From Octopus bimaculoides (lineage: Eukaryota), in the NCBI RefSeq assembly GCF_001194135.2, contig NC_068986.1:59978529-60042528 (forward strand): DNA of 64,000 nucleotides. Direction: 5' to 3'. The stretch's first letter is position 1. Every line of letters begins with the position of its first letter. Of this stretch, positions 13,531-26,829 are shown piece by piece. The notes beneath the pieces were generated by a model, which did not search any database, was not told the origin of the DNA, and was given only the letters and a program-made list of their open reading frames with translations. The position numbers and the translations under genes are program-made.

Positions 13531-14278
13531 AAATGTTTATGAACAGTTATTATTCATGCAATCAGCAACGACATTCCACACATACACTACAATGATGCTG
13601 AGATACTGTTCATACAACAATGATAAATAAGTCATCCCCTTTGACAGTAGCAACTCAGACATTTGAATTACATCATCACTGACCAGCTTATCTCAAGCAA
13701 CAAGCTAACATAACAGTATTCTATTGTTGACAATCCTATCTTACTTTTTCAGATAAAGTGTCTCCAAGACATTAACTGATGATGATGATGATGATGATGT
13801 GGCCTACCTTTCTGAAAATTGTCAGGTGCAATTTCTAGCATGACAAAAACAACAAAGATGCTCCCCTTGTTGGCTTTTCTTAATTTATGTTGAATATTGA
13901 GGTAAGTAGTCTAGGTAATTTTTATGTGCCACCAGCATGGGTGCTAGATACAAAACTCCAGCATCAGCCATGACTACAATCTCATTTGGTTTGAGACCTG
14001 TCATGCCCACATATTTTCACCCATCTGTCATTCCATTTGGATCTTTTAATAACACCATCCCTTCATATACAATGGTCACTGAATTGCAATAGCTGTTAAG
14101 TGAACATGTTGTGTTACCTATGCTTGAGCAGCCTGCCTTTGTTTCAGGTTGGGCCTATGACTAAAAAAGATTTTCAAGATGTACCTAGATGTGGGGGAAA
14201 GTGTGCATTGGCTTAACTAAGGAAGATTAGTTATCTCAACTCCTGGCATGAAACCAACTGTTAAAGTGGCTGATATGG

Positions 14279-14555
14279 AAATATAATTTGGTATTTTTTT
14301 TAATACAGTCGGATAATTTGTAGTAGTGTTTACATTTTCACAAGTAAGTGCTGATTCATTTTGTTTACTTTTTTCTCTCTCTCTCTTCTACTAACAAGTT
14401 TGCTGTAAATTACAGATGTTTTTGATACTAGTCTTTACATTCTGTCTGTTTTTTAATCTAAGTCAACATGCAGTTCAGAAAAAGGTAGTAGATGATGGTG
14501 AGATGTGCTAGAAACAGCAGCTAAATCTCTCTTACATCACACACCTTTTCGTGTG
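14279..14555 (+). repeat. Dispersed direct repeat, copy 2
   Basis: Aligns by eye to 11363-11715 with a shorter (CT)n tract. Confidence 0.8.
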
Positions 14556-14719
14556 AAAATATTTTAACCAATATATCAGTACATGATATCACTCTATTAA
14601 CCAATATATCAATGCATGTTTTTTCTGACTCATTTCTTTTTAGATAACTATATATATATAAGTTTTTTCTGTTTATATACATTGTTTGTTTATATACATT
14701 GTTGTTGCATATACATATA

Positions 14720-15396
14720 CAAGGCGCAATGAATAAACTATTGTCTAAATTACGTAAAAATGAAAATAAAACTGACGTCTCATTTTAACAGTTATATTTA
14801 CCAAAATTACATAAAAATATCTTGAAATACCAAAGAGTAAATTTATTCAATAAAATCGCCATTGGCTTCAACCACAGCCTCCAGATGACTTCAGAATCTC
14901 CTGCAACTCTTCTGGACAGCATCCTTGTTTAAGATGGTGAATGCTGCCATAATCCTTGCTTTCAGTTCATCTTTGGCGTTACAAGGAGTTTTGTTATTCT
15001 CTCACTCAAATGCGGCCCACACATAATAATTAAAGGGATTGCAATCTGGGGAGTTAGGTGGCCAGATGTTAGGGGTGATGTGGTTGCAGAAATTGGCTGA
15101 TAGCCATGACTGGGTTCTCCTGCTTGTGTGGCATGGTGCAGAGTCCTGTTGCCAGACATAGGGTCTTCCAGCAGCCACCCTGTTGATCCAGGGCAGCACT
15201 ACCTCCTCCAGGCACCTGATGCAGGCCCCCATGTTGAGTCTGAGGTCATGTGGGAAGATGAATGGAAGCATAACATTGCCATTACTAGTGATCACTCCAA
15301 ACACCATGATGTTGACTGAATATTTGATTTCCATCACTCTCGGTACATGTTTTGGGGACATGGCAAGCCAACAGTTGTTCTGTGTGTTTACCATCT
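14720..15396 (-). mobile_element. maT/DD37D transposon copy 2 (catalytic C-terminal half; rest in gap)
   Basis: WQQDSAPCH...WPPNSPDCNPFNYYVW has 37 residues between the second D and the third catalytic position, which is N here (D to N). The end matches the 5594 copy. Confidence 0.85.
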
Positions 15397-16039
15397 NNNN
15401 NNNNNNNNNNNNNNNNNNNNNNNNNNNNNNNNNNNNNNNNNNNNNNNNNNNNNNNNNNNNNNNNNNNNNNNNNNNNNNNNNNNNNNNNNNNNNNNNNNNN
15501 NNNNNNNNNNNNNNNNNNNNNNNNNNNNNNNNNNNNNNNNNNNNNNNNNNNNNNNNNNNNNNNNNNNNNNNNNNNNNNNNNNNNNNNNNNNNNNNNNNNN
15601 NNNNNNNNNNNNNNNNNNNNNNNNNNNNNNNNNNNNNNNNNNNNNNNNNNNNNNNNNNNNNNNNNNNNNNNNNNNNNNNNNNNNNNNNNNNNNNNNNNNN
15701 NNNNNNNNNNNNNNNNNNNNNNNNNNNNNNNNNNNNNNNNNNNNNNNNNNNNNNNNNNNNNNNNNNNNNNNNNNNNNNNNNNNNNNNNNNNNNNNNNNNN
15801 NNNNNNNNNNNNNNNNNNNNNNNNNNNNNNNNNNNNNNNNNNNNNNNNNNNNNNNNNNNNNNNNNNNNNNNNNNNNNNNNNNNNNNNNNNNNNNNNNNNN
15901 NNNNNNNNNNNNNNNNNNNNNNNNNNNNNNNNNNNNNNNNNNNNNNNNNNNNNNNNNNNNNNNNNNNNNNNNNNNNNNNNNNNNNNNNNNNNNNNNNNNN
16001 NNNNNNNNNNNNNNNNNNTATATATATACATACTGTCAT

Positions 16040-18657
16040 GTCTGGGGAGATTCATTCTCTTTTAGTGCCTTATAATTTAACACACTCACTGGTAAAATTT
16101 CCACTCATTTCCTTCTTTATTTTTCTAGAATTTCCATTGCATCATGCAATCTTTTCAGTAGTTGTTGACTCTGTCTGTTATTCACACTGTGTTCTATTGT
16201 TTATTTGTGTACATGTGTGTGGGTCAGTGTGTGTGTGTATGGTTGTTTTTTGCAACTATGTACTATGTATGTATGGATGTGTATCTCCATATGTGTGGAT
16301 GTGTGTCTCCATATGTGTCCCTGTGTGAAGTGAAGTGTATGTGTATATATGGTCATGTGTTTCAGTCTTCATATATGTATGTGTGCTTGTCTGTTCATAT
16401 AACCAATGTACCTGTATGTCTATCTGTTTACTTTCATATCCATATGCATATACATATACTATATACATACACACACACATACATACATCTATCTATGTAA
16501 CAGCCCACTAGCTATTCTACTCTATCTGCATAAACTATGGCTATGGGGGTATGATAACCACTACGTATATTTCCTATTTAGTATTGGGGAAGTTTCATTT
16601 ATGAAGATGTACTCCTGTATTTGTACAAGTGTTAGGTCCTTTGGATGCTTGGATAAGATGCAGATGTCAAGTTGACCCAGGTTTCCTCCATGTTGGTAGA
16701 GTATGGAGGACTGTTTTGTGCTGTCATATTGTCTCAAATATTCATTTAGTCATTCTGCAATGACCTTAGATGTCTCCCCTATGTATGTCATGTTCATGTC
16801 TTTACAAGCACCTTCTATGCATCTTATTTCGTAGACTACATTTCTAGTTCTACAGTTAATGCCAGGGCTAATCCCACATACCATGCAGTTTTCATTGGTG
16901 CATATGGTATTGTCCTACATAGTTGTGATCTGACAAAGTTCCCTGGCTTTTCAACAATCTTAATGTTGAGTTTGGTCTCCTTTCATAAATCTACGGACTA
17001 AGTTCTCCATGGGCTGTGTCATCTACAAACATCACTCCTTGATATTTGTTGTTCACAAGATATATGTTGTTCACAAGAACTTAGCTTTGTCACACAACAT
17101 GAATTTAACATACTGAGAGCAGACTGAGGATAATGAACGTGTCCCCACTATGCAAACCCTATGAAATGAAAAAACATACAGAACTTCATGCACCACATGC
17201 AATTCTCTGGATATGATGAGAAAGATGGGGTTCGAGTATACAGAGGTGCTAGAAAAAAATTAGATAAATTATATGTAATGATACCAGTGGTACCTGCCCT
17301 AGATATAGAAACAAAAACTGGAATAGGATACAAAGAACTTGTAACAAAGCAAGTGGGGGAACACGTGGTATAAAACCAACAAATATCAAGGAGTGATGTT
17401 TGTAGATGCCACAACCCATGGAGAACTAGCCTGTAGATTTAGGACAGCTCTGAAGGAGACCAAACTCAACATTAAGATTGTTGAAAAGCCAGGGAACTTT
17501 GTCAGATCACAACTATGTAGGACAATACCATATGCACCAATGATAACTGCATGGTATGTGGGATTAGCCCTGGCATTAACTGTAGAACTAGAAATGTAGT
17601 CTACGAAATAAGATGCATAGAAGGTGCTTGTAAAGACATGAACATGACATACATAGGGGAGATATCTAGGGGCATTGCAGAATGACTAAATGAACATCTG
17701 AGACAATATGACGACAAAAAGCAGTCCTCCATACTCTACCAACATGCCAAAGACCAACATGGAGGCAACTTGGGTCAACTTGACATCCACATCTTATCCA
17801 AGCACCCAAAGGACCCAACACTCAGACAAATACAGGAGTACATCTTCATAAATGAAACTTCCCCAATACTAAATAGGAAATATACGTAGTGGTTATAATA
17901 CCCCACAGCCACAGTTTATACAGGTAGAGTAGAATAGTTAGTGGCTGTTACATAGATAGATGTATGTATGGGTGTGTGTGTGTATATATATATATATATA
18001 TGTATATGCACATGTATGTAAGCATATGGATATGAGAATAAACAGATAGACATCAGACGGACAGGTACATAAGTTATATGAACAGACAAGCACACATACA
18101 CACACATACACAAATGAAGACTGAAACACATGACCATATACACACAAACACTTTACTTCACACAAGGACACACATGGAGACACACGTCAGCACATATGGA
18201 GATACACATCCATACATACATAGTGCATAGGTGCAAAAAAACCCATACACACACACACACACGCACACACAAGGAGACAGAGGTACACACACACATACAA
18301 ACACACGCACGCACACACATACATAAAAACACAAACATGGAACACAAACACATGAATATACAGAATACATATATACATATGCACACATACACATACATGC
18401 ATACACATATGCATGCATACATACAAACATACATATGTACATACATACATACGTACATGTGTATGAACGCACACATTGACCCACACACTTACACACAAAC
18501 AAACAAAAAGAATGCAGTATGGATGATGGACAGATTCACCAACTATTGAAAGGGTTGCAAGAAACAATGAAAATTTTAGAAAAATAAAGAAGAAAATGAG
18601 TGGAAATTTTAACGGTGCATGTGTTAAATTATAAGGCACTAAAACTCTCCCCAGAAA
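16040..18657 (+). mobile_element. Penelope-like element relic (linker + GIY-YIG endonuclease) with ~1-kb inverted duplication
   Basis: Plus strand 17150-17890 encodes, with frameshifts and a stop, MQFSGYDEK...MFVDATTHGELA...CTNDNCMVC...VYEIRCIEGACKDMNMTYIGEISRGIAE*LNEH...QHAKDQH...LNRKYT. 16040-17051 is the reverse complement of 17376-18657. Confidence 0.85.
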
Positions 18658-18720
18658 CAATAGTATATGCGTCAACACACAAACTCACATAGAAAATCTT
18701 GAAAACCAAATCCAAAAACG

Positions 18721-18758
<38 letters not shown>

Positions 18759-18797
18759 TAGCAGAAATACCTGGCCTTGCTCGGGATTAAAATGAGA

Positions 18798-19010
18798 TAG
18801 TTGTTTTATTGTTTTACTTGTTTCAGTCATGTGACTGCAGCTATGCTGGAGCACTACCTTTAGTCAAAAAAATCAACCACCAGATTTATTCTTTGTAAGC
18901 CTCGTACTTATTCTATCAGTGTCATTTGCCAAACCGCTAAATTATGGAAACATAAGCACACCAACATCAGTTGTCAAGCGATGGTGGGAGTAAAAGCACA
19001 GACACAGACA
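18798..19010 (-). mobile_element. SINE 3' body fragment
   Basis: TTACTTGTTTCAGTCAT...GGAGCACTACCTTTAGTC...GTACTTATTCTATC module shared with 28148-28330 and 57360-57560. Confidence 0.65.
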
Positions 19011-19018
19011 GACAGACA

Positions 19019-19052
<34 letters not shown>

Positions 19053-19506
19053 TATACACATACATATGAGTCTTCTTTCTACATACATATATATGTATCT
19101 ATACATACATATATACACACACATATTTATACATATATATACACATATATACATACATATACATCTATATACGCATATATACATACATATATATATATAT
19201 ATGTATACATAAATATACATACATATATATATATATACAAAAATAAGAGGAATGACCAGCAAAAGTGGACTCCTATATGCTAGAAATACATGCCAAATCA
19301 TCTAACCACGAAGAAATATGTTCTCAGTAAAAAATTAACGACACAACAGACTGTAAAAGGGCAAGACAAATGAAAAAATACTTTTGCTGGTCATTCCTCT
19401 TATTTTTGTATGTAATATAATTTTTTATCTTCGAATTTTTTTAATATGCTAGACCACTGGTTTTAATTGATTAATATCAATTTCTACTCTTATTAATAAA
19501 TTTTAC

Positions 19507-19569
<63 letters not shown>

Positions 19570-19597
19570 CACACATAAATATACATAAATATATATA

Positions 19598-19910
19598 TGC
19601 TGCTGAGAACCCCTTCGGTCATGACTGACCATGGGATTGCACCTAGAAAGTTACCCCCCGAGGAACATGTCTGGGCAAGGTTGTTTATGAAAGACCAGCA
19701 CTCGCCCATGCATACCGGCCTCCTCTCTCCACACCATCAGTGTTGTCCAAGGGAAAGGCAAAGGCCAAAATAGCTTGGCACCTGAGTGAACTGGAGCAAT
19801 GTGAAATAAAGTGTCTTGCTCAAGAACCCAGCACGTAGCCCAGTCCGGGATTCGAACTCACAACCTCATGATTGTAAGCTCAATGCTCTAACCACTGAGC
19901 CATGCACCTT
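19598..19910 (-). mobile_element. tRNA-derived SINE (second family)
   Basis: Minus-strand A box TGGCTCAGTGGT and B box GTTCGAATCC; related remnant at 60130-60295. Confidence 0.75.
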
Positions 19911-20140
19911 CGCTAAATATATATATACATAAATATATATATATATATATANNNNNNNNNNNNNNNNNNNNNNNNNNNNNNNNNNNNNNNNNNNNNNNNN
20001 NNNNNNNNNNNNNNNNNNNNNNNNNNNNNNNNNNNNNNNNNNNNNNNNNNNNNNNNNNNNNNNNNNNNNNNNNNNNNNNNNNNNNNNNNNNNNNNNNNNN
20101 NNNNNNNNNNNNNNNNNNNNNNNNNNNNNNNNNNNNNNNN

Positions 20141-22147
20141 AGAATGGTTAGTGAGAGCTGTGCGTGCCATGTACAGAGATGCTGTCAGTAAGGTGAGGGT
20201 TGGCAATGAGTACAGTGAAGAATTCCGAGTAGAGGTAGGGGTCCACCAAGTTTCTGTCCTCAGCCCCCTCCTATTCATCATAGTCCTCCAGGCGATAACA
20301 GAGGAATTCAAGACAGGATGCTCCTGGGAGCTGAGGACATTGCACTAATTGCTGAGTCACTATCAAAACTAGAAGAGAAGTTTCACGTGTGGAAGCAGGG
20401 ACTGGAATTGAAGGGCCTTAGAGTCAACCTATCTAAAACCAAAGTCCTAATAAGTATGAAGGTGGACAAAACACAAACCCCTTCAGGTAGATGGCCCTGC
20501 TCGATCTGTAGAAAAGGTGTAGGTAGAAACTCTATAAGACGTACCCAGTGCAAGCTATGGACACATAAGAGGTGCAGCAATATCAAAGGCAGGTTAACTA
20601 GGAAGTTAGTTTTTGTATGTGGCAGATGTTCAGGTGCAATAAACACTGAAAATGTGCAGAAAACAACTGCTGTCACATTCCAGGGAGAAAAACTAGACGT
20701 AGTTGATAGCTTCTGCTATCTGGGTGACCAAGTTAGTAGTGAGGGAAGGTGCACTGAAAGTGTAGCTGCTAGAATGAGAATAGCCTGGACAAAGTTCAGA
20801 GAGCTCTTACCTCTGCTGGCGACAAAGGGCTTCTCACTCAGAGTAAAAGGCAGACTGTATGACGCATGTGTATGAACAGCCATGCTACATGGCAGTGAAA
20901 CATGGGCCGTGACTGCTGAGGACATGCGTAATCTCGCAAGGAATGAAACCAGTATGCTCTGATGGATGAGTAATGTCAGTGTGCATACCCAACAGAGTCT
21001 AAGTATCTTGAGAGAAAAGCTGAACCTAAGAAGCATCAGTTGTGGTGTGCAAGAGAGAGGATTGTGCTGGTATGGACATGTGGCGAGAATGGATGAGGAT
21101 AGCTGTGTGAAAAAGTGCCACACCCTAGCAGTTGAGGGAACCCATGGAAGAGGCAAGCCCAGGAAGACCTGGGCTGAGGTGGTGAAGCATGACCTCCAAA
21201 AATTAGGCCTCACCGAGGCAATGACTTCTGAATGAGACCTTTGGAAATATGCTGTGCGTGAGAAGCCCCGGCAAGCCAAGTGAGACCAAAATCCAAGGCC
21301 TCTGCCAGGGATGTAGCCAGCCCGCTTATGCGTACCTTTCCTTCATTGGACACTACACTCTGCTTGTGAAGACCTGTTGAGGCAAGTGAAATCGAAATCA
21401 AAACCGAACTAAATTTGTAGACTGGCACCCATGCCAACGTCTCTTTCATTGAACACTAAACTTGGCTTGCGAAGACCTGTTGGGGCAAGTGAAAGCGAAA
21501 TCATGATGGCACCTGTACCAGTGGAGCACTAAGAGCATGATCATTGTCAGAGCAGCTGTCTGGCTTCCATGCTGGTGGCACGTAAATAGCACCATTTGAG
21601 CGTGATCGTCACCAACATCGCCTTCCTGGCACCTGTGCCAGTGGCACGTGAATCGAAATCAAAACCGAACTAAATTTGTAGACTGGCACCCATGCCAATG
21701 TCTCTTTCATTGAACACTAAACTTGGCTTGCGAAGACCTGTTGGGGCAAGTGAAAGCGAAATCATGATGGCACCTGTACCAGTGGAGCACTAAGAGCGTA
21801 ATCATTGTCAGAGCAGCTGTCTGGCTTCCATGCTGGTGGCCCGTAAATAGCACCATTTGAGCGTGATCGTCACCAACATCGCCTTTCTGGCACCTGTGCC
21901 AGTGGCACGTGAAAAGACATTCGAGCGTGGCCATTACCAGTACCACCTGACTGGCCTTCGTGCTGGTGGCACGTAAAAGCACCCACTACACTCTCGGAGT
22001 GGTTGGCGTTAGGAAGGGCATCCAGCTGTAGAAACTCTGCCAAATCAGATTGGGGCCTGGTGTAGCCACTTGGTCCACCAGTCCTCACTCAAATCGTCCA
22101 ACCCATGCTAGAATGGGAAGCAGACGTTAAACGATGATGATGATGAT
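20141..22147 (+). mobile_element. RTE LINE: RT domain, Cys/His finger insert, C-terminus, 3' UTR and tail (5' end in gap)
   Basis: VGVHQVSVLSPLLFIIV (QG-motif region), ADDIAL-like AEDIALIAES, FCYLGDQVS, GSETWA, WYGHVARM, GRGKPRKTW; (GAT)n at 22132-22147. Frameshifts and stops present. Confidence 0.9.
21391..21912 (+). repeat. 261-bp near-perfect tandem duplication inside LINE 3' UTR
   Basis: ATCGAAATCAAAACCGAACTAAATTTGTAGACTGG starts at 21391 and at 21652; few substitutions between copies. Confidence 0.9.
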
Positions 22148-22258
22148 AAAGAAGCATTGGTTATAGAACAAATATTAAATTTGGGTCAACAACCTTATAT
22201 ACAACACCGCCCCTCAAACATTTTCTTTCTATAAAAGGAGACAAATATTATTACTTGT

Positions 22259-22296
<38 letters not shown>

Positions 22297-22468
22297 GAGA
22301 GAGAGAGAGAGAGAGAGATTATGAGGGGTAATGGTGTCAATAAGACCCAAAGGTGTTAGGTAATGCTGAGTAAGCGCTTTGGACAGTCTATAGTTAAGCT
22401 CTAGGTTCGGAGATTATGCAAATGAGAAGTCCAACATAGGTCATATACTAGCATGAGCATATATTAAA

Positions 22469-22555
22469 AAATTTTGAGAATGAGATAAAAATCCAAGGCT
22501 ATGAAAGATTTTAGAACATCACAGCCTTGGATTTTTATCTCATTCTGAAAATTTA
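22469..22555. repeat. Hairpin / mini-MITE (~31-bp arms)
   Basis: AATTTTGAGAATGAGATAAAAATCCAAGGCT ... AGCCTTGGATTTTTATCTCATTCTGAAAATT. Confidence 0.8.
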
Positions 22556-22853
22556 TATATATATATATNNNNNNNNNNNNNNNNNNNNNNNNNNNNNNNN
22601 NNNNNNNNNNNNNNNNNNNNNNNNNNNNNNNNNNNNNNNNNNNNNNNNNNNNNNNNNNNNNNNNNNNNNNNNNNNNNNNNNNNNNNNNNNNNNNNNNNNN
22701 NNNNNNNNNNNNNNNNNNNNNNNNNNNNNNTTTTTTGGCCCATGACACTGCATGGATCCTAAGTAAGGCATGTCTAAAATCTGAATGAAATCGATTGGGT
22801 AGTTCTCAAGTTTTAGTGATGCACACATACAGACACACAGACACACATTCTCA

Positions 22854-22885
<32 letters not shown>

Positions 22886-23914
22886 ATCTCACACATACAC
22901 ACATAGATACATGCATATCATAACCTAACTCACAATCATCTGATATAGACAATCACAAGAACTGGTCTATGCCAGAATCACCTTAGCTTTCCTTGTAGTG
23001 GTAATTTTAAGAACATCATTATATTGGCATTATTCCCTCCACTATATTACCAACAGCAGTCTAAATTGGAAATCAATAAATTTGGTCTTATTTCAGATAT
23101 TCCACCTCTTGATTTTCAAATCAATGATCTGTTTTTTTTGGTTTTGGTATTGCCACAGAGTAAAAAAAATCTCCCAATAACAGCATTATTTATTATAATG
23201 TTTGGAAATGTGCACAGGTGTGTAAATTTTCAAATATACAAGAGGTGGGCAAGTGAGTGAGTAAGAGATAGAGAGAGAGTATATATGTGTGTGTATACAA
23301 CTGTATGATTATATATGTAACTACGTCTGTATAGACAGGTATGTCAAATAAACAAATTAATGTATGTATGTATGTATGTATATATGATTCTCTGTCTAGG
23401 TAGCCCTATGACAAACCTATGACATGCAAAGAAACAATCAGTCATTTGGGAGTCACCAGCACATGTGATACAAGCATGTGTATGTGAGAGAAGGGGAGGG
23501 AAAGAGAGAGGAAGAGAGGGAGAGAGAGAGAGAAAGGTGGAGAGAGAGCGTTTTTGTTTATGTTCATTTTCATTCATTATGTGTATAGATGCAGAAACAG
23601 CAATGTAGACAATTGAATTTCTATTGCTATATAATTGCTACAGAATTACATTGAGACATACAAACACACACAATAGTTAGCTTTCTCTTTTCTTTTCTTT
23701 CAGTCTTAGTATAATTAGATATACAAGAGAATGTGTGTGCATGTATGTGTGTATATGTGCATACACTATATTTATTATCTTGGAGAGAATGGTAGCTAGT
23801 TTCAAATATTGTACTGTTCATGAAGGCAAAAGCGAAAGTAGGAAGTTGTGATGTCATTACTTAATGAACAGTAATCTTTTGTTATTGTTGCTGTTGTTTT
23901 TTCCCTTTCCTTTG

Positions 23915-23946
<32 letters not shown>

Positions 23947-24513
23947 CTCTCTCTCACAGACACACACACATACAATATATATATGAATTAGTAATATTTG
24001 TAGAGACAAATTAGCTTGGATTACTGCCAAACATTTTGCTCTGAGTGTGAAAAACTTGGTAGAATTTGGCACAACTTCAGAAGAGAAAGGTAGATAAAAC
24101 ATTTCTAAAAGATAGTAAAAGATAAAACTCATCATTATCTTCATGACATAAATAATTGGTGTAGAAATCAAGTTCAAACTATATTGCATATCATTCTTTA
24201 TCTTATTCCTTAACCCTTTTGTGAGGCAATATTTATAATGAAATACATTGCCTTTATGTTTTGATTAATTTTAAAAAGAATAAAGAACTTGGAAGGATCT
24301 AGTAAAACAGGTAACATTTTCATTAAACTGATGTTTGAAAAAAACATTCTTAAAAGATGAAATTATGATGATGGATGATTAGTTTAAATATCAACACTTT
24401 AATCTAGATTTTGTGACAGGCTTAGTGTATCAAAAGAGAATGAATATTTTTGTGGTGGAATGAGATCAGACAAAATATTGCAATTACTGTATAATGTGTT
24501 AATATGGATAAGA

Positions 24514-24549
<36 letters not shown>

Positions 24550-25422
24550 AATCGATCGATCGATCGATCCATGCATCCATCCATGTACATACGTACGTAC
24601 GTATGCATGCATGTATGTGTGTGGGGGGAGTGTACCTATGTATTGAAGAATGCATTAATTCACCTTAATCCTAAGTCTATGTGTAAGAGATTGCATTGGA
24701 CCACCCTCATCCCTACATTCTAACATTGCCTTTCTGTACTACCAGCCATCAGTCTCTCTCAACCCAGGGTCAATTCTATTGCCATATATTACCTACTCTT
24801 ATCTGATCACCCACCTTTACCTTTCTCTACTTCTGCCATTGCCAATCACTCCCTACCCAAATCCACCCCAATAATCCTGCTGCTTACATTACACTACAAC
24901 TCCTTTCTGCTACCCAACAACCCTGGTTATTCATATGCCATCACTCTCTCTTTTAATCCTATCCTTGGTCATCTAAGCAAATGTAGGTGTTCTAGATTGA
25001 ATGCTCCCTGCATTTGCACACTAACCCTTCTCACCCACTCCTAATTTTGTTGTTGGTATTGCTCTCCCATCTATTTTCCCTTCTGAGTCTACATATCTTC
25101 CCTCTCTGAGTACAGTCTTTTAAAGTATCCTGTATACAAGGCACTATCACTCCTGCATGAGTGCTGACAGGCTGGCAAATGAGAAGACAATGCATAGTGT
25201 TCGGAAGGCCATATTTATTTATCTTATCTGGTTTTATTGCCACGAGAAAACATACCCAGTAAACAATATAAAGTGACAGGCAATACAAAGGGCATACATA
25301 CAAGCACCAGGGAGCAGCAGTTCCTAATAAGAAATAACTTAGAGCATGATGCCTCATCCAGCCAATGCCAGCATGGAAAGCAGACATAAAATGATGGTGA
25401 TGACATATGCACACAAACACAT

Positions 25423-25487
<65 letters not shown>

Positions 25488-25729
25488 ATGGGTTTTCTTA
25501 CTGCTTCCAACTATCAATTCCACTCAGAAGGCATGGGCAATCCCAAAGCAAAAGTAGAAAGATTAAGAAATTCATTTTACAAATAGATGGTTTTGAGTCT
25601 AATCCCACTGCATAGCACCTTGGGTGTCTTCTACTCTGAATCTGGGTCAACTAAAGCCTTATGAGGGCATTTGGCAGATGGCATGGTGGCATGGTTGGGA
25701 TGGTTTGACAAGAGCCGGCCAGATAGAAG

Positions 25730-26700
25730 CCTGCACCAGACTTCTATAACTGCTTTGGCGGAATTTTTATAGCTGGATGCCCTTCCTATCACCAACCACT
25801 CAGCAGGGTCGACTTAGTGCTTTTTACATGGCACAAGGGCAGGCAAGGTCAGTTTTGACAAGGTTTTTACAGCTGGATGCCCTTTCAAATGCCAAACACT
25901 TTACAGTGTGGACTGGGTGCTTTTAAGTGGCACCTACAGTGACAGGGTCACTAAGTACTTGCAAGACAAAAAAAAAATCTGTTTTGAGAGGGGAGGGGAC
26001 ATTGGAGGAGGTGATCTTGTATCGGATGATGAAAGGTTAGAGACAGAGAAACAGAAACAAGTGTCTTGCTGTAGAGGAGATACAAGGTTACCCGGCTGGG
26101 TTGGGAGTGGGTGGAGAGAGAGAAGTCAGGAATGAAGACAGAAACAGGTGCACTGCTGCGAAGGAAATACATGGTTACCCAACCTGAGGAAAGTGCAGGA
26201 GAAGGAGAGAGAGTGAGAGAGAGTTGGAGACATCAGGATAGAGATGGTGGAAAAGAGACAGGCATACTCACAAGGGACAGGGATCTCAATATAAATGGAA
26301 TGGTTGAGTAAAGGAAGAGGGAGATGTAGATGGTGGCAAATGCCAGGGCATACCCTTGAAGTTTGAATATCATGATATAAGTGGCAGGATATCGTGAGTG
26401 GGGAAAACCTGGGCATATATAGAGTCAGTGGGGCTACTGGATAGCAATGATACAGAGGAACAGGGGTGTGAGGACAGGATTGGGGAGGGAGAGCTAGGCA
26501 TAATGTATGAAGGAAGAAAAGAGATGTAGAGATGTAGTTTGGTTTATTGTGGTAGAGTGTGGGGGACACACAGCGCTTCTAGAACTCAGCTTCATATCAC
26601 CAGACATCTCAATCCATTGTCATTTCCTCTGTGAGGCCCAGCATCCTGAGATCAGTCCTTACAACTTCATCCCATGTTTTCCTGGGTCTTCCTCGTCTGT
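25730..26700 (-). mobile_element. Decayed RTE LINE-related pieces (3' UTR modules and RT C-terminus)
   Basis: CTGGATGCCCTTCC...CAACCACT modules at 25770-25900; 26590-26700 is the reverse complement of the RTE GRPRKTW...LGLTE region. Confidence 0.55.
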
Positions 26701-26707
26701 GAGTACC

Positions 26708-26759
<52 letters not shown>

Positions 26760-26829
26760 GTATATATGTAAACATTATGTATGTATGTTTTGTTTAAACA
26801 CTTTTTGACAGCAGTATTTCATCTACATA

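Noticed and set aside
21391-21912. Direct repeats as a CRISPR-like array (also 3820-3927 and 63918-63980)
   Set aside because: Simple two-copy tandem duplications with no unique spacers and no cas genes, in eukaryotic context.
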